Below, piece by piece: positions 39,273 to 48,514 of a stretch of DNA of 64,000 bases. How positions within the stretch are numbered: the stretch's first letter is position 1; each line of letters begins with the position of its first letter. The DNA lies in contig JAGLJF010000003.1 of NCBI GenBank assembly GCA_023142595.1, positions 3,873 to 67,872 of the forward strand, in the 5' to 3' direction. This stretch comes from Minisyncoccota bacterium (GTDB taxonomy: Bacteria > Patescibacteriota > Minisyncoccia > JAHIHE01 > JAGLIN01). The notes below the pieces were generated by a model. It was not told where the DNA came from. It saw nothing but the letters and a program-made list of their open reading frames with translations, and searched no databases. Both the position numbers and the translations under genes were made by a program.

Positions 39273-40256
39273 ATGAGTGTTTCATCTAAAAACAATCAAG
39301 AAAACAAAAAGAGGAATAACAATTCTTCTTCTTTTGATAATGATATCTCAAACTCAAAAACGAAATCTGATTCGACTCAATCTAAAGATTCAAACAATAT
39401 ATTGAAGCAAAAATTAATCGAAAAAATAAAAAAAGGCGCAAAAGAAAAGATGGAAAAAATTGAAGATTCTGAAAAGGAAGATGATTATCAAGCTTTAAAT
39501 AAATCAGAATCTAAGAAATCTGGAGCTTCACGACTGGATTCTCCATCAAAATCAAATTTATTGCCTCAGAATCGGAGAGTTGACAATAATAAAGATAATG
39601 AACTAAACAGAATCAAAAATGAATCACAAAGCGATGTGCAAATAGAAAAAATAAGAAAAGAGGCGCAAGAAAAGTCTGAAAAAGAAGCTGAAGAGGCATT
39701 AAAAAATATTCAAGATAGAAAAGCAAGATTTATAATTAAACTAGCAGGAAAACATGCAGAACAAGCTGCTTATACTATTGCAGCAAAAATGGCAAAAATG
39801 GCAGATGATGGCGGTATGATGGCATTTTTTGTGATGGCATTGAGCCTATTTCTCGCTATTATAAAAGACATAATTGACATTGGCGAAGTAGGACTTTTAG
39901 CATTTCTTGCTACTATTGTGGCAATTCCCGTAGTGATAGCAATTGAGAGCGTTTTTTGGTTTATAAATTTTGGCATAACGCTAATAAATATATATTTTTG
40001 GACCATTCTTTTGGGAGGTAGTCATAAAAAATGGTTTTGGAAAAGAATCTATAAAACAATTCTATTGTCTGGACTTGATTTTCTGCCAGGCATTGATGCA
40101 ATTCCATTTATGACATTAATGGTTCTTTGGAATATTTCTGATTATTATAAAGCAAGAAAAGAAGCAAAAGCGGATTTGAAAAAATTTATGATTGATTATA
40201 AGAGTACGGGAAAAGTCAATAAAGCAACTGCTGAAAAATATGTTGGATCTATATAA
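39273..40256 (+). CDS. Hypothetical protein: S/N/K-rich low-complexity N-terminus, C-terminal multi-TM region
   Basis: ORF with TM cluster FFVMALSLFLAIIKDII...WFINFGITLINIYFWTILLGG. Within the T4SS-like neighbourhood. Confidence 0.3.
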   Translation: MSVSSKNNQENKKRNNNSSSFDNDISNSKTKSDSTQSKDSNNILKQKLIEKIKKGAKEKMEKIEDSEKEDDYQALNKSESKKSGASRLDSPSKSNLLPQNRRVDNNKDNELNRIKNESQSDVQIEKIRKEAQEKSEKEAEEALKNIQDRKARFIIKLAGKHAEQAAYTIAAKMAKMADDGGMMAFFVMALSLFLAIIKDIIDIGEVGLLAFLATIVAIPVVIAIESVFWFINFGITLINIYFWTILLGGSHKKWFWKRIYKTILLSGLDFLPGIDAIPFMTLMVLWNISDYYKARKEAKADLKKFMIDYKSTGKVNKATAEKYVGSI

Positions 40257-40470
40257 TAATTTGAAAATTATAATTTTATTTTCTACATAATTTATTTTGG
40301 TTTATTATTACTGTAGATTAGTATATAATAAAAATAAGTATGTTTAAAATAAAAGAGATTCTTATGACCAATTGTCATTCTGAGAGAACGCGATTGTCAT
40401 TCTGAGTGAAACGAAGAATCTCAAAATAAAGTTTATCAATAAATTTCAATAAACCATAATTTTTAAAAAT

Positions 40471-41565
40471 ATGAAAATAAAAAATTATTTAATTGGTGCA
40501 TTCCTCTTGGTGAGTTCTTTCGCTTTTGTCGGCATTGTTAGTGCTGCTACAACTTGGGATCCGCTAGTGAAAATTCCAGGAATTCCATCGACGGGAATTA
40601 ATCTCTCAACATATTTGGTTGGACTTTATAATTTTATGCTAAGCGTTGTCGGAATTGTAGCAGTGATGATGTTAATCGTAGCTGGTATGAGATATATCAC
40701 CGCAGCTGGAAATGCGACTTCGGTCACTGACGCCAAAAGCATCGCAGGAAATGCAGTTGTTGGATTGCTTCTGGCTTTGCTTTCTTTTGTTATCCTCAAA
40801 ACAATCAACCCAGATGTCTTATATCTCAAAAAACCAGGCAGTGGTTTCGCTGGTACTACTGGCACCCCAGTAGATTTGGGTAGTTGCGGTTCTTATGATA
40901 GCGCTGGTGTTTGTACCTGTGCTAACAATGAAATAATAACACCTGCTGTTGCTAATGCAGCTGCTTGCAACACTGCATGCGAAGCCTCTCCAGAGCTTTG
41001 TCGTGCCGCTCCAAAAAATGTTTGTTTACTAAAAGCATCAGAGCCTGGAGATACTAACTGCTATTGTATTAACAAAAACACAATTCCAATAGGAACAGCA
41101 ACTAATTGCCAAGATGCTTGTGCTGTAAGTGATTGTGTAGTGGCGGATTTAAGAGTAGGACCATCGCCTAATCCAAAAGATAAATCAGCTTCTGTTAAAA
41201 TAGATGAAAATGTCTATTTAGACGCAAGATCTTATTCAGTAGATTATTCCTATAATAATTTAAATAGATTTGTTGATTACGACGATCCTTCTTTTGACAA
41301 TGGAATTGATAGATATGAAATGTGTTTTGACGAAGAAAACCCTGCTGCTTGTATCACTTTAAATCACGGCTGCTCTGATGGTGCATCTTGTAGTTGGGTT
41401 ACAGGTGCTCTCGGTTGGATTGGTTCTACATTTCTTGCTTGGGCACCATGTGGAACAGATGTAACATCATATGGCGGTGGTGGTACAAAAAAAATAAAAC
41501 TTTATGTGAGATCAACAAATGGTTGTATTATAGCAACAGATGAAGTTATTGTGAATGTTAACTAA
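40471..41565 (+). CDS. TrbC/VirB2-like pilin domain fused to a ~250-aa cysteine-rich C-terminal extension
   Basis: Signal peptide, then two hydrophobic helices separated by TAAGNATSVTDAKS (classic VirB2/TrbC topology), then a domain with >20 Cys (CGSYDSAGVCTCANNE...CNTACEASPELCRAAPKNVC...). Confidence 0.5.
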   Translation: MKIKNYLIGAFLLVSSFAFVGIVSAATTWDPLVKIPGIPSTGINLSTYLVGLYNFMLSVVGIVAVMMLIVAGMRYITAAGNATSVTDAKSIAGNAVVGLLLALLSFVILKTINPDVLYLKKPGSGFAGTTGTPVDLGSCGSYDSAGVCTCANNEIITPAVANAAACNTACEASPELCRAAPKNVCLLKASEPGDTNCYCINKNTIPIGTATNCQDACAVSDCVVADLRVGPSPNPKDKSASVKIDENVYLDARSYSVDYSYNNLNRFVDYDDPSFDNGIDRYEMCFDEENPAACITLNHGCSDGASCSWVTGALGWIGSTFLAWAPCGTDVTSYGGGGTKKIKLYVRSTNGCIIATDEVIVNVN

Positions 41566-41592
41566 CAAAAAAATAAGAAGGTTTAATCCTTC

Positions 41593-42243
41593 TCATGTTA
41601 ATTTTACAACTAAAAAATTTATTTCTTTGGGATGTAAATTTGTTCGACTTGTTTGTGGATTATCTTTTCCAAAAACAAAATAAGTTCTTTCTGCTGGATT
41701 AACATTTAATCCGCCACTAGAAATACCTAATTTTGCTAATGTTCCTTCGTCTTTTAAGCCTTCTATACTTATTCCAATGTGAATAAGTCTTGATCCATGA
41801 TTTTCAGCATAACCTCTTATCCCAGTATCTTTATATTCCGTAATCGTAACATAGCATTCTTTATATAAAGGATGTTCAATTGTTTTCGGAAGTTCATTTA
41901 TCGCAACAAGACCATTTAACCCACCAAAACTGTCAACGATTTGCTTAAATCGGATACCTTGATTATAAAAATCAAGCTCTGACTGTGTTGTTATAGATAT
42001 AGTCGGATTTACAGAATCTGCATCTTCTGTTTTAGCCTCTTCTTTGTTAGCATTCAATTCTGGATTTAATCCCAATTTTTCGGTTTGCTGAACTTCTGAT
42101 TGTTCATCTCTTGTATCACTAGCAATTCCTATTAGCGTCATTGCTACAATTAAGATTATTGCAAGCATTAATCCAATTATAACAAATTTTGAACCTCCCC
42201 TTAAAGGATTATTTACATTTGCATTGTCTGGCATATCTATCAC
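41593..42243 (-). CDS. Hypothetical N-terminally membrane-anchored extracytoplasmic protein
   Basis: SD AAGGAGTGA. TM at residues ~20-42. Confidence 0.35.
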   Translation of the reverse strand: MIDMPDNANVNNPLRGGSKFVIIGLMLAIILIVAMTLIGIASDTRDEQSEVQQTEKLGLNPELNANKEEAKTEDADSVNPTISITTQSELDFYNQGIRFKQIVDSFGGLNGLVAINELPKTIEHPLYKECYVTITEYKDTGIRGYAENHGSRLIHIGISIEGLKDEGTLAKLGISSGGLNVNPAERTYFVFGKDNPQTSRTNLHPKEINFLVVKLT

Positions 42244-42691
42244 TCCTTAAAAATATTTTTTGTTTATCATCGTTTCTTGATTCACCTCCATCTGTTTGGG
42301 TGAACTTTTTTAACTATCTTTTTTTCATTGTTAGTCTCGAAATAACAAATATATTATATTGCGATTCAACACAAAATTAATCTGCTTACGGGATTCTTCA
42401 TTTCTCTCAAAATGACGCATAAGTATATTGCTAAAATTTTGCAATCTGGGATCCACAGCCCTACGGGACTATGGAACCCTCGAAATAATATTATAAAAGA
42501 TAATTACAAAAATTCACCCAAAAGAATAATCAAATTGCTGGAAAACAAAAGATAAACTTATGGCTATTTTGTTTTTTTAAAAGAACATTTTCAAAATCAA
42601 CATAAGTTGACCCTCTCTCCTTCTCTACTCCAAAACTAGCACAAATATTTGTTTTTGTCAAGGTGGCTGGATGTGGACAGATTTTAGAGAT

Positions 42692-42803
42692 TGTCATTCT
42701 GAACTTGTTTCAGAATCTGTCAGCGGTAAGGATTCATTTTGTTAATTTCGCAAGACAGGAAGTTATAGACAAAAGATTCTAAACTAAATTTAGAATGATG
42801 ACA
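42692..42803. mobile_element. Family-1 MITE, short variant, flanked by ~75-bp direct repeats that each contain a solo half of the FemAB-type palindrome
   Basis: TGTCATTCTGAACTTGTTTCAGAATC...TTTAGAATGATGACA. Flanking repeats at ~42410-42490 and ~42820-42900. Confidence 0.65.
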
Positions 42804-42970
42804 TATTTGTCATACTAAGAAGGAACGACAAAGTATACTGATAAAGTTTTGCAATCCGGGCTCCACAGCCCTACAGGACTATGGAGCCCTCAAACTAAAT
42901 TCAGAATAACAAAAATAAGACAACAAAAAACTGCCTCGCTTTTGCAAGACAGTTTTTCAAAAATTAATTT

Positions 42971-44038
42971 CTATTGAATCCCTTTGAACATCGGCATTCC
43001 ATTGTCAGGACTAGTCGGTACATAAATTGTTCCTTCTCTGTCTTTGAGTTCTCTGATATATAAGTAGTTCAAATATTCAGCAGTCAAACTTTCATTAATT
43101 GTCTTTTGAGCATCTCTTTGTCCTTCTGCCTCAATTCTTTTTCGATCTGCTTCTTTCTTTTCTTTTTCTAAAACAAAATCATACCTTTGACTTTCTTGCT
43201 GTGCTTGAAGTTTTTCTTGAATGCTGGCATCAAGCTTTTCTGGAAGAATTACATTTCGAAGAAGAACTTGCTCAATGGCAATTCCTCTTGGCTCAATGTT
43301 GTCTGCCATTTTTTGCCTAATGGTATTGATTATTTCATCTCTTTTGTCTGAGTAGATTGATTTTGAATCATATCCTGCTACAACTTCTCGAATTGCGCTT
43401 CTGATTTCAGGTCTAATGATTTTTTCCTGATAATTTATTCCCAATTCTTTATATACATCAGAAGCACTGTCTTCTACAAGATGATAAAAAACAGTAATAT
43501 CAAGTTTGACGGTTAGCCCTTCGCTTGTCAGAGCATCAATGGAATCGTCTCCAATTTTTTCGCCCTCTCCTTGTACAACACTCATAGTGTATTGTTCGGT
43601 TCTAATGCTTAGTTTTGTTATCTGAGCGAGAGGATTGATTATATGAAGTCCAGATTTTACTTCAGCATCTTTTACTTTCCCAAACAAATGATAAACCCCT
43701 GTTTCTCCTGCAGGAATAATGACAATGGAATTTGCAAGAACGATTAGAGATAAGATAATCACTATAACTGTACTTGTTGTTTTTTTATCCATAAATTTTG
43801 AATTTAGTTTATTAAAAAATTGATTTGAATTATTTGAAGAAAAAAATTGTTTGCCATCTTTCATTCCAGAAAAATTGAGATCAATCCCCTTTTTTCTCGA
43901 TTCTTCTTTAATGGCAAGAAATACAGGAAGAAGAAAAACTGCTCCAAAAATTAACCAGAAGATTAGTGATGGTTTGAATATTAATAAAAATATAAATATC
44001 CAAATTATTGTTTTTGTTAATTGTTCTTTGTTTTGCAT
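42971..44038 (-). CDS. SPFH/band-7 family protein (prohibitin/HflC-like), N-terminal TM
   Basis: Full-length SPFH similarity: IPAGETGVYHLFGKV..., EQVLLRNVILPEKLDASIQEKLQAQQESQR, coiled-coil tail. Confidence 0.8.
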   Translation of the reverse strand: MQNKEQLTKTIIWIFIFLLIFKPSLIFWLIFGAVFLLPVFLAIKEESRKKGIDLNFSGMKDGKQFFSSNNSNQFFNKLNSKFMDKKTTSTVIVIILSLIVLANSIVIIPAGETGVYHLFGKVKDAEVKSGLHIINPLAQITKLSIRTEQYTMSVVQGEGEKIGDDSIDALTSEGLTVKLDITVFYHLVEDSASDVYKELGINYQEKIIRPEIRSAIREVVAGYDSKSIYSDKRDEIINTIRQKMADNIEPRGIAIEQVLLRNVILPEKLDASIQEKLQAQQESQRYDFVLEKEKKEADRKRIEAEGQRDAQKTINESLTAEYLNYLYIRELKDREGTIYVPTSPDNGMPMFKGIQ

Positions 44039-44156
44039 TTGTTTATATTGGTAAATAAAGATATCGTCCTAAACAATGTTATATTTCATTTTCGAAAAAA
44101 TTATTTGTCATCCTTGTAGATGTTACCTAATTCGTTGACAGAATATGCTCAAGCTC

Positions 44157-44335
44157 TGTCATCCTGAACTTGTTTCAGGATCTTTGTTAAATTAGGTTTT
44201 GATTTGTATCATATACACAATACTATTGTATATATAGAATAAACACAATATATTTTCTTAATGATACAGTTAGTGATTTATAGACTAGCTTTAATATAGG
44301 AAAACGACAGATTCTGAACTAAATTCAGAATGACA
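44157..44335. mobile_element. Family-1 MITE, full-length (~179 bp)
   Basis: TIRs and internal sequence shared with 31881 and 44984. Confidence 0.75.
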
Positions 44336-44526
44336 AAAATATTGGTTTCATTTTCGAAAAGATTATTTGTCATTCTTGTAGATATTACCTAATTCGTTGA
44401 TAGAATATGTTCAAGCTCTGTCATCCTGAACTTGTTTCAAGATCTATCGTACTTTGCAATAAATGCTTCTATAAATCGTAAAATATTTTAGTCGGATTAT
44501 TTATTTCATCTAATATTTTTCAAGAA

Positions 44527-44811
44527 TTAATCTATATTCAAGTCAGCAAATCCAGGATTTTTACTTTTTATTAAGTTTATTTTCCACGCTCTGTGCCAAT
44601 TTTTAAGTTGTTTTTCTCTTTTAATTGCAGAAACAACATCACTTGTCTGTTCAAAATAAACTAATTTTTTTAAATTATATTTTTCAGAAAAACCTTTTAC
44701 TAGTTTATTTTTATGTTCATAAACTCTTCTTTTTAAATCATTTGTCACACCAATATACAGGGCTGTATCAGTAAAATTCATCATAATATACACATAATAC
44801 GATTTTGACAT
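44527..44811 (-). CDS. GIY-YIG nuclease-domain small protein
   Basis: YYVYIMMNFTDTALYIGVTNDLKRRVYEHK is a GIY-YIG motif. 94 aa. Sits in a nest of MITE copies. Confidence 0.7.
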   Translation of the reverse strand: MSKSYYVYIMMNFTDTALYIGVTNDLKRRVYEHKNKLVKGFSEKYNLKKLVYFEQTSDVVSAIKREKQLKNWHRAWKINLIKSKNPGFADLNID

Positions 44812-44983
44812 TTATTTGTTTTAAAAACATTAAAATCATAACCAACGACAGATTCTGAACTAAATTCAGAATGACAAAAAGTTTGTTTCATTTTCGAAAA
44901 GATTATTTGTCATTCTTAGGTTCTAAACTCAACCACACCTGTCATCCTGAACTAACCCAATGTCATCCTGAGCCAAACCCCTG

Positions 44984-45145
44984 TGTCATCCTGAACTTGT
45001 TTCAGGATCTTTAGTCAAATTAGGTTTTAATCTATATTTATATACACAACACTATCATATACAAAATGAACAAATACGGTTAGTGATTTATGGACTGGCT
45101 TCAATAGAACAGAACGACAGATTCTGAACTAAATTCAGAATGACA
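44984..45145. mobile_element. Family-1 MITE, full-length, preceded by two solo left-end TIR fragments (44940-44983)
   Basis: TGTCATCCTGAACTTGTTTCAGGATC...GATTCTGAACTAAATTCAGAATGACA. Confidence 0.75.
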
Positions 45146-45337
45146 ACTATTGTCGTTTTGTCTTTTGAAAATTTACATTAAATATTATGTAACTCAAGTA
45201 TACATTAATTTTCAATATAAGTGAAATTTTTGTTTATTGATTGACTGTTTCATCTAATATGATATTATTCTAATAGAAAATGAGTAACAATTCAGTAACC
45301 TAACCTTCAGACTTTTTGTTTGGAGTATGGTTTAAAT

Positions 45338-45442
45338 CCACTCGCGTAGAAACGGTCTTCTGATCGGTACTACGCGAGTGGTCTTTACCTGAAAGGGTAT
45401 TGGGCAATCCGAAAGGGTCGCCGCCGACGGAAGACCTTTTTT
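45338..45442 (+). ncRNA. Candidate structured RNA / cis-regulatory leader upstream of the secreted nuclease gene
   Basis: Perfect 12-bp stem (CCACTCGCGTAG...CTACGCGAGTGG). Its loop (GGTCTTC) is complementary to a 3' GAAGACC followed by a T-run, giving pseudoknot/terminator potential. Locally GC-rich in an AT-rich genome. Confidence 0.3.
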
Positions 45443-45477
45443 GTAAAATTTTATTTATTATTAACTAATCTAAAAAT

Positions 45478-46542
45478 ATGAAAATGAAAAAAATATTAAG
45501 TATTGTATTTTTGCTTTCACTGGTTGTAAGTTTTATTTCTATAACACCAAACATAAACGCAATGCAAATTCCAGAAGGAGCGATTATAAAAACTGATAAT
45601 AATCCTGATGTATATATTGTGAAATATAAAAACGGAAAACAATTTAAAAGGTTGGTTTTGAATCCTCAAGTTTTTGAAAGCTATAGTCATTTGAGATGGA
45701 GAGATATTTTGACCGTTAGTCAAATCGAAATGGATTCTTTTATTGTTTCTGATTTAGTGAAAGTAGATGCACAAACTGATATTTATCAGCTTGTGCCAAA
45801 TGGCGATATCGGAACTAAAGTTTTAATAGAATCAACTGTTGGCTATGATTTAGATTCAGCTTATACTATAAATTTAGTAGATTTTGGAAATTATGTAACG
45901 GGAGAAGTTAGGGGAATAATTGATACTGATAGTTATCCAAACGAGACCCAAAATAATATCTATACCGTGAATAGAGTTGTTGATGGTGATACTATAGAAG
46001 TTAATGTTAATAGTGTATTAGAAAAAGTCAGGTTGTTGGGTATAAATACACGAGAAACAGTTGATCCAAGAAAATCAGTTGAATGTTTTGGTATAGAGGC
46101 GTCCAATAAAGCAAAGATGGTTTTAATGGGTCAAAATATTGAACTTGTGGCGGATAACACTCAGGGCGATCGTGACAAATATAACCGTCTTCTCCGATAT
46201 GTTTTTCTGGAAGATGGAACTAATTTTAATAAAATGATGATTAGTGAAGGATATGCTTATGAATATACATACAATACATCATATAAATATCAAGTCGAAT
46301 TTAAACAGGCAGAAAAAGTAGCTATGGAAGCAAAAAGAGGTCTTTGGGCAACTAGTGTATGTGATTCACAATCCGCTCCTGTATCTGATCAATATAATTG
46401 CTCTAGTAATGTTTATAACTGTACGGATTTTTCTACTCACGCTGAAGCTCAATCTGCTTTTGAATCCTGCGGTGGGACAGCTAATGATATCCATAGACTT
46501 GATGGCGATAATAATGGTATTGCGTGTGAATCATTACAATAA
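45478..46542 (+). CDS. Secreted thermonuclease (SNase-like) with N-terminal unknown domain and C-terminal Excalibur Ca-binding domain
   Basis: Signal peptide. SNase motifs (VVDGDTIEV...RLLGINTRE...YNRLLRYV...RGLW). Excalibur tail CTDFSTHAEAQSAFESCGGTANDIHRLDGDNNGIACE. Confidence 0.7.
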   Translation: MKMKKILSIVFLLSLVVSFISITPNINAMQIPEGAIIKTDNNPDVYIVKYKNGKQFKRLVLNPQVFESYSHLRWRDILTVSQIEMDSFIVSDLVKVDAQTDIYQLVPNGDIGTKVLIESTVGYDLDSAYTINLVDFGNYVTGEVRGIIDTDSYPNETQNNIYTVNRVVDGDTIEVNVNSVLEKVRLLGINTRETVDPRKSVECFGIEASNKAKMVLMGQNIELVADNTQGDRDKYNRLLRYVFLEDGTNFNKMMISEGYAYEYTYNTSYKYQVEFKQAEKVAMEAKRGLWATSVCDSQSAPVSDQYNCSSNVYNCTDFSTHAEAQSAFESCGGTANDIHRLDGDNNGIACESLQ

Positions 46543-46570
46543 TATTAAATTAATTTTTTAACATAAATAT

Positions 46571-47092
46571 ATGAGCAAAGGAAAAACAATTCTTAAAATA
46601 ATTTGTGGATTAGTGATTTTAACGCTGGTATTCTTTTTTGGATTGATAGCATTAACGCTAATTGATCCAAATCTTGATGACAACTCAGCATTAAATCAAG
46701 AAAAAATTTATGAAGAATCCGAAAACCAAATAATTAATTCTGTAATAAATTTTGATAAATTAAGAGAGTGGAACCCAGATGATGATATTCATGCTATCGG
46801 TTTAGAAATTTTAGTATCCAAAGATGATGTAACAGAAGAAAATATTGTTAAATTAGCAGAATCCATTGCTTCCAATACACAAAAAGCTGTGGTTAAAATT
46901 TATCAAAATAGACAAGCTTGGGAAGAAGAACAATCTAGAAATTATACAGATGTTTATAATCAAGATTATTTGGCTTTTTATGTTAAAAATCTTACAAATA
47001 GTAACGCATATAGAGGTTTCAATGAAATCAGATGGATGCAAGAAAAAGGAGATTTGCAAGATTTGTTTGGTACTAAAACTAAGCTGAAATAA
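46571..47092 (+). CDS. Hypothetical N-terminally membrane-anchored protein (possible nuclease-associated/immunity-like cassette gene)
   Basis: 173-aa ORF. Preceded by the same ~40-bp junction sequence that also precedes the gene at 47281. Confidence 0.35.
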   Translation: MSKGKTILKIICGLVILTLVFFFGLIALTLIDPNLDDNSALNQEKIYEESENQIINSVINFDKLREWNPDDDIHAIGLEILVSKDDVTEENIVKLAESIASNTQKAVVKIYQNRQAWEEEQSRNYTDVYNQDYLAFYVKNLTNSNAYRGFNEIRWMQEKGDLQDLFGTKTKLK

Positions 47093-47258
47093 AAAAGTAC
47101 CAAAATTTTCTGATGTTTCCCAAGCAAACTCTGATTTTGGAAATCAAGCAGATGCTCAAAGAATTTTTAATGTTTGTGGTGGAATCAATAATGATATTCA
47201 TAAACTTGATAGCAATAATAATGATGTTCCGTGTGAATCGTCATCGTGGTCATATTAA
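47088..47258 (+). pseudogene. Orphan Excalibur-domain C-terminal remnant (no start codon), duplicate of the thermonuclease tail plus downstream junction
   Basis: Translates to SDFGNQADAQRIFNVCGGINNDIHKLDSNNNDVPCESSSWSY, aligning with the nuclease C-terminus. Followed by TATTAAATTAATTTTTTAACATAAACATATG, identical to the junction after 46542. Confidence 0.55.
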
Positions 47259-47280
47259 ATTAATTTTTTAACATAAACAT

Positions 47281-48099
47281 ATGCGAAAAGAACAAGAACA
47301 AGCTAAATATAAAAAGTGGTATAAAAAATGGTGGGGAATTTTAATCATACTTATATTTTTACCCTTTGTAGCTATTTGGTATATTTGGAAAAAAACAAAC
47401 TGGGATAAATCTGTTAAGATTATATTAACGATTTTAATTTTCTTTTTTGTGATAATTTTATTAAAATCAAATGATGAAACAATTAAACAAATAGAACAAT
47501 TAGAATCTCAAAAAATTACACAAATACAGAAACAGGAAAATGACGAAAAAAATATAGAAATTTTAAAGTCCATTAATTATGAATTAGTAGAGTCTAAAGA
47601 TATTTCTTTTAATGATCCTAATAGCGGAATTGTAAAAAGATTTAATACGCGGGTTTTAATTGAAAATAATCCAGTAACTAAAAAACAAATAGAGATTTTA
47701 AGTGAAAAAATAATAAAAGACTATCAGCAACAAAAAGCAGATGCTATCTCAATTTTTTATTATTTTAATAGAAGCCAAGTCAATGGAGCATACACGCTTG
47801 CTCAAGCTGAATGGGCTCCAAATGGAAAATGGGAAGAAGCTAATTTAAAACAAAATCAAAAAACAACTTATAAGTTTACAGAATTTATTGATAAAAAAAG
47901 AACAGACGGACCAACTGAATTAGAAAGAGAAATAAATACCGCCATGAGAGATTTATGGTATGAAATGATGGAAACACAAGATATGGTCACAGATGAAGAA
48001 ACTGCAAAAATCTTAGCTCCCAAATATGGAAAAACAGTTGAAGAAATGCTTGAAATTAGACGCAAAGTAATCGATTATGATTTAGGTTTAACACAATAA
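47281..48099 (+). CDS. Hypothetical N-terminally membrane-anchored protein (second cassette gene)
   Basis: 272-aa ORF after the Excalibur remnant. A further tiny remnant (PDVSQA, CTGATGTTTCCCAAGCA) follows at ~48187. Confidence 0.35.
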   Translation: MRKEQEQAKYKKWYKKWWGILIILIFLPFVAIWYIWKKTNWDKSVKIILTILIFFFVIILLKSNDETIKQIEQLESQKITQIQKQENDEKNIEILKSINYELVESKDISFNDPNSGIVKRFNTRVLIENNPVTKKQIEILSEKIIKDYQQQKADAISIFYYFNRSQVNGAYTLAQAEWAPNGKWEEANLKQNQKTTYKFTEFIDKKRTDGPTELEREINTAMRDLWYEMMETQDMVTDEETAKILAPKYGKTVEEMLEIRRKVIDYDLGLTQ

Positions 48100-48401
48100 A
48101 CAAATCTTAAAAATTTCTACGCAACCATAACCTGCCATAACCAAAGCAGGTTTTAAATTGGGAAATTCTCGCGGGAACTGATTTGTAATCAGTTCCTGAT
48201 GTTTCCCAAGCATTAAAAACATAAAACGATAAAATAAAAATTATTGAGACTTCAAAATAAAAGAAACTGTTTACAAAACAGTTCCTGCGATAAAACAATT
48301 TTTTCTGAAATCGCAAAAGACTCCATACGGAGTATGGAGCCAACGGGGAAATAATACAAAATCGTCATCAACACACCACTGACCCCTCTCAAGAGGGGAA
48401 T

Positions 48402-48507
48402 TGTCATCTCGAAATAAGAGGAACGATTGAGAGATCTGAGAACTAAATAAATTTCACTATATAATATCATTCACAGATTTCTCACCCTATCGGGATTCGA
48501 AATGACA
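48402..48507. mobile_element. Family-2 MITE (TIRs TGTCATCTCGAAAT...ATTTCGAATC-like/GAAATGACA)
   Basis: Shares termini and internal blocks with the copy at 52691-52795. A partial copy lies at ~12700-12750. Confidence 0.65.
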
Positions 48508-48514
48508 AATATAT

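Noticed and set aside
45338-45442. Assignment of the structured leader to a known riboswitch class (TPP, ZTP, guanidine, fluoride, preQ1)
   Set aside because: I compared against remembered consensus features and found no convincing match. Left as an unclassified candidate.
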